Shown: positions 37,352 through 46,700 of the stretch, in pieces
Layout: every line of letters begins with the position of its first letter
How positions within the stretch are numbered: position 1 is the first letter of the stretch
From: Phaeosaccion multiseriatum
Lineage: Eukaryota > Protista > Ochrophyta, other classes
Assembly: GCA_965112735.1 (NCBI GenBank)
Contig: OZ218959.1
Span: 3,381,102-3,445,101, forward strand
Direction: 5' to 3'
DNA: 64,000 nt
Notes under the pieces: generated by a model
What the model was told of the DNA's origin: nothing
Databases searched by the model: none
The model's input: only the letters and a program-made list of their open reading frames with translations
Program-made: the position numbers and the translations under genes

Positions 37352-37959
37352 TTGACACCAGATGCTTGCGGGCTACCCGCCCTTCTACGACGACAACCCG
37401 ATTGGGATTTACCAAAAGATCTTAGCCGGGAGGCTGGATGTACCTCGCCACATATCTCCAACCGCCAAGGATCTCGTCAAGAAGCTCCTTACTATAGATA
37501 GGACAAAGCGAATCGGTGAGCTGGGTTGGGTGTCCCCCTTTGGCCCTGGCCTCTTGTTGTTCCTTCTCTCTCTACTCTCTGTTGTCTCCCTCTCCCGCTT
37601 CCTCTCTCCTCTCTCTCTGTCTGTCTCTCTCTCTGTCCCTGTCTCTGTCTCTCACCATGTGTCTCCCTCTCTCACACGCGCACACATGTTGTCCCGCTGA
37701 TAATCACCTTGTCTACTCTTCCTCGCGTTTAATAGGCTGCATGAAAGGCGGACCAAAGGCAATAAAGGAGCACAAGTGGTTTGCTGGACTGGACTGGGAG
37801 GCAGTTTTCCACGGCCAGATTGAGCCCCCCTTCCTGCCCAAGGTGCAAGGTGCGGGAGACAGCTCCAATTTCGAGAGCTATCCCGAGTCCGTGGAGGATG
37901 GAGGGAATGTGCTTTCGGCCGACGAGCGAGCCCTGTTTGATGAGCTGGACAGGTACTGA
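35567..37959 (+). CDS. cAMP-dependent protein kinase catalytic subunit (PKA-C/PRKX-like), ~12 exons
   Basis: [81 protein letters not shown]; start exon [11 protein letters not shown] inferred. Confidence 0.95.
37318..37347. repeat. Intronic (CT)n microsatellite
   Basis: Visible ctctct run before the splice acceptor. Confidence 0.85.
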
Positions 37960-38174
37960 GGCCAGTATTCGAGCCGCCACGGTGCAGCAGCGGTGTGTAC
38001 AGTAGCAGCGCACCTTTGGATTTGACCGGCCTAAGCGCCTTCCGTGCAGACAGGAATGCACGGCAGGACACGCCAGAGGGACGAGCCCGAATGGCGAGAG
38101 TCTCTTCGTGCGCTATAAATATCATTACATTTATATTCAATCCTTCAATCCTTTCGGCCCCTGACAAGGTTCTG

Positions 38175-38317
38175 GGTTCCAGGTTCTGGCCGGCGCCAGC
38201 CGGCCGGGTTCCAGGTTCTGGCCGGCGCCAGCCGGCCGGGTTCCAGGTTCTGGCCGGCGCCAGCCGGCCAGGTTCCAGGTTCTGGCCGGCGCCAGCCGGC
38301 CAGGTTCCAGGTTCTGG
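38175..38317 (+). repeat. Left subterminal tandem repeat, 32-bp unit x ~4.5
   Basis: ggttccaggttctggccggcgccagccggcc(g/a) starting at 38175, 38207, 38239, 38271, with a partial copy at 38303. Confidence 0.95.
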
Positions 38318-38709
38318 GGGAACGCCATGTAATAAGGCAATGATAAAGTGAGCCACCTAGGATGTGGGACAGACCACACACCCAGACAACCAACAGCAAG
38401 GGGTTCGTATCCTATGTTGAGCGTGTATTAGCTTTCTTTATCAATCTCACTTCCTATCTATCCTTCTCCTGCGACATGCAGCCATGCCGTTCATATGAAG
38501 CACGTGTTCCCCAACTGGCGACAATCCGGATTCGAACATACCAAACACCTTTGAGACTCCACAAAAGGCCAACCTTCTCTCTCTCCCAGCCTTCTTGTAT
38601 TACTTCGATTACTTATATGGACACCAACTACACTTATGTTCCTCATGCTACCTAACTTCTCCCCTCATGCCTCTGGCAAAACTCGCTGTACTCTGTTCTC
38701 GGCATTCTG

Positions 38710-41700
38710 TTGATGGTCAAAGTACAGCACGTGCCGGCGACATGCACAGTTGTCCTGCGAGATGCTCGCCTCAAGGATACCGGCGGAGTGGCAGTAGTAG
38801 GCGACTGTGTGTACATTTGCAGCAGCAGAGACAACAAGTTGTACGTTGTTCACGTCAAGGAGTCATTGACAGGGTCTCACGAGACGCGCGATTTTGACGA
38901 GGGCCGGGATGGGATTGACACTGTGGAAGGTGGGGCGGGTGTGCCAGGGAGGAAGAAGAAAGCCGAGCTCAAGATAGTGCAGACACTGCAGCAAAGTCAA
39001 GGTGACGCCCCAGGGAAGGTCGTTGAGCACTTCATGCCGCTTCGGAGTCCCATTGCGGTGTGTGTAGGCTTGGGCTCGGACAAGGACTACGATCTTTTCG
39101 TGTCTCAGCAGCTGCCGGGGCGTAAAGGGGGGCTCGTTCAGCTCTCCTTTCGAGCGCGCGACCCCACCTCTGCCCTTTGCACTGTGGTCGCCTCGCTTCC
39201 CGGAGAGCCGGCAGGTGTGACTGCTCTTTCGGCTTCTTGTAGTGCAGTACTCGTGGATAGGTCCTTGTTCGTGTTGGACAGATCTTCCCGACAAGACGAA
39301 GAAAAGGAGGGGTGAGAAGAGCAGAAGGAGGAAGAGGAGGAGGAGAAGGTAGAGGAGGAGGAGGAGAAGGAGGAGGAGGAGGAGGAGGAGGAGGAGGAGG
39401 AGGAGGAGGAGGAGGAGGAGGAGGAGAAGGAGGAGAAGGAGGCGGAGGGGGGGGGAAGGGGACAGGGGGCGGAGGTGGAGGAGGAGAAGGATTCTGCAGA
39501 GACGGTCGAAGCGCGGAATGAGCATCGCACGAGGAGCAGAGCTGGAGGAGAGTCTAGGGGGGTGAGGGGGGGGGCGGGAGAGGGTGGAGGGCATCTATTG
39601 CTCGCAGTGGAGAGCGTTGGCGAGGCGCCCTGTGGATTGCATGCAGCACCGACTGAGGTGTCCGAAGATGCGGATGCGAGACACGTCATGTACGTGGTTG
39701 ATCAAGGCGACCACTCCGTCAAGATGTTGTGGCAGAGTGCTGCCACAGAGCAATGGACTGTACGTGTGGTGGCAGGCGGCATCGGCAACGACAAAGCGGG
39801 CAAGAGCACTGGGAGCGGCACGGCCAAAATGGTCGCTCTCTTCAAACCTACCTGGGGCTGCTTCCTTGGTGGGAAGAGCTTCCTGTTCTCAGACAGTGGC
39901 ACACAGTGTATCCGGCTTCTTACGGACATGTACCCTCTAGCGGAGCGCCTTCTTCCAATGCTCCGGCGCTTGGCCGAGGCGTACCAGCTCCTCCCTTCCT
40001 GCGCTGTTGACGGCGTGGACATGCACAGAAATGCCAAGTCATTGACCGAGTCTGCAGCCAAGATGGCCTCTGTGCACCTCCACGTCGAAAAGCTGGCAGA
40101 GGACGCCGCAAAGCGGACCGGGAAGTCGCTCGCATCCGTTCAGGGGCCCGAGAGCGCCATCTCGCCTTCGCTAAGGAAGAGCATCAAGTGCGCCGTCATC
40201 GCCTTCTCGAAGCTGATGAAGAGGCTGAAGGAGGAGGTGAGTCACAAGTGCCACGACACGACGGAGGGGAAGAGCCCACTGCCTGTCTGCCTTGCTATTT
40301 TTTATCTTGCGCTGACATTTCCCCCATCTCCCCCTCCTCTTATATCGATGCTCCCTTGCTCCACTTTGGGTCTCTCTTGTCCTGCAGGGAGTGCCTGCAC
40401 GTGTGACCGACAAGATTATGGCTAAGGCATTGCTCACCTTAAATGTGGAGACCAGCTTCACGCAGTACCGCAATGGGGGTGGGGGGAACACCAACATTCC
40501 AGATGTGCTCCAAGTGCTTCGACGGCGACAGATTGTCGGGGTTGAGATGGCGAAGCGATGGAGTGGTGGCAGGGGATATGTCTACAACACGGACAGCAGG
40601 TCCAGCGGCCAGCAAACGTTCCGCGGCCACTACCACCACTCTCTCAATTTCAGCAGGCGTGTCGCTGCCCCCGTCTATACATGAGAAGGAAAGTTCCAGC
40701 ACGCTCTCTGTCTCCAGCGGAGCAAGCGACGAGAGAGCAGGAGCTGCGTATACTTCGTCAGGCGGCTCGAATCATGAGGCCATGATGCGTAACGCGGGTC
40801 ACAGACAAGGGAAAGGCCCAAGTTGGTTCTCTTCCCCTGTCAATCGCGTACGACAAGATCGAGAGTCTGGGTGATGACACGTCTGGGTATAAGCCAGGTT
40901 CGAGCAGCTTCAGGGGTGGAGGGGGGGGGCAGAGCAGCACGGGCACCCAGATCGTGCACCAAGAGGGAGATCTGGTCTACGTGAAGGCTGCGAATGGCTC
41001 GGGCAATGAGCTCTTCTTTGTGGTCCAGCTAAGAGAAGACGTAAAGGAGGCGTACAAAAAGGTCCGCAGAGGAGCTGGAAAGACAGGGAAGATGGGAAAG
41101 ACAGTAGAGCCTTCACACCCGGGCGTGCGACATTTTTTCAAGGGCAGCGCAGGTGGGGATGAAGCAAAGCGTGGCTCCGGTGATGTGGTATACAACTACA
41201 CCCATGATGCAAGCGTGAAGGTGGAGGCGATTTATGGTGCGTTGACTTCGTTCGGCAACGCGGCCTACCAGTACGAAGGCTTCTCAGTTGGGACGGAGGG
41301 AAAGCAAAAAAAGAAGGGCAAGAAGAAGGGAGGGAAGGGTCAAAGCGCTTTGTCAGTCCCCTCTGATGTCGCCACCACCAGCCCGACCATGCAGACACTT
41401 TTGACCAGGCGCTTGATGCGCTTTACCATCACGGAGGAGGAGCATGACAGCATCGTCGGTATTGTCAATGACTCAAGCAAAGAGGATATCGACAGGCAGA
41501 ATCGAGGCTTACGCGAAGCAGATGAGGAGGAGGAGGTCGCATCAGAAGACGAGGACAGTGAAGACGAGGGAGAAGAAAGCACGCCTCATCAGCGCAAGCT
41601 GGGAGTTATGGTCAGCACGAGGTCGTCCCGGGGCCGGTCGACAGGGGCGCCAGTGAGTTACAGAGATTTGCATCTACAAGAAGAGGAGGGGAGGGACAGT

Positions 41701-41757
41701 GTGTGTGGTGTGCAGGCAGGACGTCACAGAGGAGCGTCCACACATGCTGCTATGTGA
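38710..41757 (+). pseudogene. Decayed transposon gene: NHL-like beta-propeller + transposase-like C-terminal motif + BAH-like domain
   Basis: NHL-like blades (GVAVVGDCVYIC, MYVVDQGDHSVK, FLFSDSGTQCIR); LLTLNVETSFTQYRNGGGGNTNIP; frameshift near 40650-40680; in-frame TGA at 40783-40785; GDLVYVK..FFVVQL. Confidence 0.65.
39326..39490 (+). repeat. (GAG)n tract inside the transposon
   Basis: Run of gag/aag triplets just after a G|GTGAG donor-like site. Confidence 0.85.
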
Positions 41758-42019
41758 TACTGACGCGTGTGGTGGAGAGTATCACCTCGGCTGTGCGACG
41801 CCTCCTCTCACTGAGGTACCTGGGGGGGATTGGTTTTGTCCGGCGTGCCGCGAAGGGTAGGCTAGTAGGTTGGCGCGCGCGAAAGAACTCTGAACTCTCC
41901 ATTATAAAATGTACATGACGTACTATTTTTTTATTATTTGTATACTATTTTGCGGTCCCAGCCACACACGATGGGCACTCAGGGCTGGGCATCAGTCCCT
42001 CTTTCCCTCAGTCACCCCT

Positions 42020-42093
42020 AACCTGGAACCGAAGAGCTGGGTCAGGTTCCAGGTTCTGGCCGGCGTCAGCCGGCCAGGTTCCAGGTTCTGGCC
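42020..42093 (+). repeat. Right subterminal copies of the 32-bp unit (~1.5 direct copies plus an inverted 11-mer)
   Basis: ggttccaggttctggccggcgtcagccggcca at 42045, partial copy at 42077, inverted aacctggaacc at ~42020. Confidence 0.9.
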
Positions 42094-42232
42094 AGGGTCG
42101 CCTCAGAACCTTGTCAGGGGCCGAATCCTTCGACTCACTAAACATCTGTGATTTCATCCTCGTATCACCACATCTTCCACTCAGCTCGTCCACAGGACAC
42201 ACACAAGCACAGCACAAAGATAAAAATATAAA

Positions 42233-43684
42233 ATGCGGGTGCCGTCCGTGGTCATCTTATCCTCACTCCTGCGGTCCACAAGGGGTTTCAGCAGCCCTTG
42301 CAGAAGCAGCAGTTGCAGCGGGGTGGGTGTTGTTAGCTTCAGCAGCAGGGCGGCCGCACGAGGCGTGCGGTGCGCTCGGCACGGGGCTACAGCACGAGGA
42401 GCAGCTTCAGGCTTAGGGAGAAGGTCAATAGCAGCACCAGCGGAAGCACAAGATGGGTTCGGCTCGGGTATGGGGAAACACATGGGGAAGAGGCGTCGGA
42501 AGCAGAAGAACAAGTATGCGGAGTTCAGCAAGGCGGACGCTTTGGACCCTGTGAGCCAGAGGCTGGCAGATATTCGAGAGGAAGAGGAGCGTGAGAATAC
42601 GGAAAGGGAAACAGAAAGGGACGCGATACGCGCAGAACTGAGGAAAAGAGGTGCCATAGCCTACCCAGATGAGACTACGATTGATCCCTACGATCCAGCG
42701 ACGTTTGGTTTTCTCGAGGTGGGCACAATCTCTGGGGCCCATGGGGTGAACGGGGAGGTAAAGGTGCGCACGGTGACCGACTTTGGCGCGGAGCGGCTCT
42801 GCCAAGAGGGCGTCAAGCACATGCGAGTGAGTGCTGGGCAGGTGCAGCAGTGGTGGTGGTGGTGGTGGTGGTGGTGGTCGAGGACTATGTGTATACACCC
42901 CCTCACCAAACAGATAGGACGTGTACACACGGGCTCCTCTGACCCCTCTGCGCGCGATGTATTGGTCCCTTCAGGCGCCGGACCGTCGTTTCCCCCGCCC
43001 TGTCGAGCTAGTGTCTGGGAGACAGCAGCAAGAAGATGTCTTCATTGTCCGTATCCGGGGAGTGACTGATCGAGAGCAAGGTAGGATCGATTTTTGAGCG
43101 CGCGACCCCAGCCCCACAGCAGGTGCTCACTTTCATGTGGCGTCGGACATGCCTCCTCCCCCCCCACCCCCAGCGGCTAATCTCCGAGACTACACACTGT
43201 ACGCGTGGGAGACCGACCGGCCGGAGCTGGACACGGACGAGTACATGGTGGGGGACCTTGTGGGGCTCTCGGCCTACGACTTCGCGGACCCAAATCGGCT
43301 CATCGGAAAGGTTTCGAGTGTCGTAATTCGTTCGGACCTCTCGCAATCGGCATTGGTACGACACTCATTCACCCATGGCTTGGGGCACGAATGGGCCTGA
43401 GAATGTTTTTTAGCGACTGATCTCACCCGTCTATACCCCCCTTGCAATCAATTGGACTGTCTCAGGGCCAGGACTTGTTGGAGCTCGATCTCCCCATGGA
43501 AGAGGGCGGAGTGGTGAAGTCGTGCTACATCCCCTTCGTACCCGATATGGTGCCGGAGATTGATATTCCAGCAAAGCTCATGCTGCTGGACTTGCCCGAC
43601 GGGATGCTCGACTTGGCCTTCGTCAAGACGGTCAAATTCAGGATTCGAGGGTTCCTCCCAGGAAGGGTGGTGGGCGACGAGTAA
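42233..43684 (+). CDS. rimM: Organellar 16S rRNA processing / ribosome maturation factor RimM, 4 exons
   Basis: VGTISGAHGVNGEVKVRTVTDF, GVTDREQ, LDTDEYMVGDLVG, QDLLEL, YIPFVPDMVPEID; Ser/Arg-rich targeting-like N-terminus. Confidence 0.93.
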
Positions 43685-43730
43685 AAATGCCGTGTACTAA
43701 AATATATATGTATATTTGTTTTTGAATCAA

Positions 43731-46700
43731 TCAAGCAATGTCAGCACTCGAAATCCCTTCGTAGCAAGTCAGTCCGTCGGCATTGGTGATGCCGTCGTCG
43801 GCCCCCTTGGAGATGAGGTACTGGCCCAAATCGTCGAAGCCGTAGCCGAAGGCGTAGTGCAGAGCTGTTTGCCCGTTGTGGTTCTGCTTGTTGACGTCGG
43901 CTCCCTTGCGCAGGCACAGCTTGATAATTCTCTTGTTTCCGTTCTGCGCAGCCACGTGAAGGAGCGCGAGACCGTGCTCATTCTGATAGTCAATCGGCAT
44001 GAGCCAATCGGGTTGATTCATCGCCGTCTCCACGTCGCCATATCTTCCGTGGCGTGCCCAGCTCGTGAGCATCTCAAAGTCAGTGGCCATCTTTGCCTCT
44101 TCGGCCGACACCATGGCCATCTCCATGTGGCCCTTCTCGTCCTTACTCTCGATGTACGATGTCTGCGGCACGACGGAGGAGCCCTGGTCTATGAGGTCCT
44201 CCTCCTTGATGGTGAGCGTGGATACAAACTCGACCGAGAGAGGCTCTCGGCCCGCAGACCACGGGTCGAAGCCGACTGCAAACCAATCCTCTGTCGCCGA
44301 GCGCGGCTTTACCCTCCCCACCGCTCGGGAGACGGGCAGGTTGGGCACATGCGGCAGGTAGTCTACGTGCTGCTTGCCCACGTGCGTGTGCGTAATCGCG
44401 TTGAGGAACCCCACCGGAAGGGGCTCGAAAGTGCGTCGCAGCTTCAGACCTTGGCCGCTCTTGACTTCCGTCTTGCCCGTGGCGGTCGATGCGGAGGATA
44501 TCCAGGACTCGCCCTCGCCGGTCGCCGCATGCGTATTGTACTCCTTCTTCCAGAGCGTCTCGGGGTACGCCACAATCGGTACTTGAAGGTCTGCCTTGCT
44601 TCGCGGATCCGTTTCAATGTCCTTTGGATCCTTCCCGAAGTTGGGATCCTCGTCAGGCGGAAGAGTCGGCTTGACCATGGTAAGGCCCATAAAGGCCGCA
44701 CTGTCCTTCCGGTCCGCGCTGTCCGCCAGCATCTCCTGCCGGTGCCTTTCCTCTTCGCTGTGGTCTAGCTCCAGCACGTCTCTCTGAATGTTGTTGGGGT
44801 GGGCGTGTCCGTGGCCAATCGGGTGCCCTTTGTGTCCGTGGCCTTGGTGCTGACGAGGTGCCTCTTCGTCGTGCAGCCCATGCGTAGCATCCCTCTCGCC
44901 GCCCTCGCCTTGCGCCTTGGCGCCAGCAACAGCACCGTCGGGGTGCTGAGCATCTCCATCGGTAGAAGAGCCTCCGATGAGGCCTTGCTCCTTCAGAGTG
45001 ATGCCCAGCCCCATGCCAATCCTAATCATGTCTTCTGGAGCAAGTTGTTTGTCCGCGAGGGCGTTGGTGATGGTGGTGATAATGGCGGCGTCCCCTGGGC
45101 TAACGCTGCTTGTCGCTGCTCCTTCACGCTGCCCGACTCGCCGAGTAGCAGGAGAGGTGGCATCCTTCCGCTCCACCACACCGACAGCGACGGCCGGCTC
45201 GTCTCCTCCAGCGGCCTTTGACGCCTGAGGATGACCCATTTGCGAGCTCACAGCGGCGCTTCCAGACGAAGACGTCACCGTCGAGTCCTGCTGCTGCTGA
45301 TGTTGCTGACTATCTAGCTCGACGCCCGCCGAACCTGACGCGTCGTCCTCCCGGCTCGGGTACAGCCCATCCACATCAGACGGAGGCGGGAGCTGTCCGT
45401 TCTCTCTGGCCCATTTCACACTCTGGGCCACCGCTCTCCGTCGCTCCTCGACCTCTTCCAGGGTCTCGTGCTTCCGTTTCATGAGCTTCCTCATCTGATG
45501 CTGATCGTAGCGAGGTTGAATCTCTTCGTACGCCCCCGCAGCGCTGTCCGGGGCCTCTCCGACTCCACTCAACACTGTCCCTCCTTCCTTAACGGGAATT
45601 AACTCCTCGTTGGCTAGCGGCCTCTCCCAAAAGGTTTCCCCTGTCCGCCGATCAAACCAATACGGGATGCCGTCGTCGGTTTCAAACTCCTCAATCGCCT
45701 GTCGCTGTAAGAATGCCCAGCTTCGGTACACGACGCTGACGCAATGGCCCATGGGCTGTCTTGGATCGCTACCTCGCATGAACTCGCCGCACTCCTGAAT
45801 GCCGAGGTTGGTGAACACCTGCTCCTTGTTGGGGCTGCACGACGAGGTGAGAAGGAGGTGATAAAAGTCGAGGGTGGTGTTGAGGCGATTGCTCGGCTCG
45901 CAGAATGGATAGGAGCGGTCCGCGTGCGTGGTGACGGTTCGATTCGCGCAGCAGAGGTTGGGAGTAGCAATGTCCGCAGAGGGTTTGAACGTCCGCATAT
46001 CAAGGCTTCCGGAGGTGGGTGGGGCCTCGGCGTAAGACGACGTCCTGAAACCGTGCGACAGTTCCTCCCCGGTCTGCTGGGGTCTGTTCGTGCCGTAAAA
46101 AAAGCGCTCCGACGGCTTGATGAGGTTGCAGATCATGACTGTGGGCCCCTTGCGAAGATTCAGCTGGTGCCGGAGAGGTCTGGGGACGTAGACTTGCAGA
46201 ACAAAGTCTAGCTGCAAGCTCGGGTACAACACGCTGATTTCCAAGCTCACCGTCGGAGCTGTGGATGACTTTTGCATCACCGTAATGTTGCCGTACTGAG
46301 GAGGCACGTACGTGGTCACCACTGCTGACGCGATCAATTCCACCGCGAGGCCACCCACGGCGACGTTCCGAGGGCAAGGCTTGCGCGAAAACGTTGCGAA
46401 GCGTACGGTCAGTGCAGGCGGGTACTTGGTCTGTGAGATTTGATCTGCGCCCTTGACAGGGGAGCGTACGGCCACCTGCATCTGCGCCAATGCTGTCACA
46501 TCCCCGGCAACCACCCCGCAGAACCTTTCCACCCAGCTAGCAGCATGTCCCTGCTCCATAATCCTGTTGATGGCCGCTGCAGGGGGCTCCATGGCGTACG
46601 AAGGCTCGGGCATGGGAATCGAACTTGGGGCCGGCAAGAAGTACTCTCTGGGATCGTACAGAGCCTCTGGCACAGGCACCGGCCCATCCATAATACACTT

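Larger units (their letters stand above)
38154..42124. mobile_element. DNA transposon with terminal inverted repeats (unclassified; probably a non-autonomous derivative)
   Basis: Perfect 21-bp TIRs tcggcccctgacaaggttctg (38154-38174) and cagaaccttgtcaggggccga (42104-42124); flanking direct repeat atcctt at 38148-38153 and 42125-42130; shared subterminal repeats; decayed internal gene. Confidence 0.9.

Noticed and set aside
1-37959. Functional cluster of phosphoinositide/cAMP genes (myotubularin, PDK1-like, ATG2, iolG, cNMP protein, PKA)
   Set aside because: The genes are interleaved with unrelated ones and these classes are common; no synteny or co-expression evidence is available, so chance is sufficient.
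38008-38399. Repetitive ORFs across the transposon left end (PEPGTWPAGAGQNLEPGRL)
   Set aside because: Translations of the 32-bp subterminal repeat, not genes.
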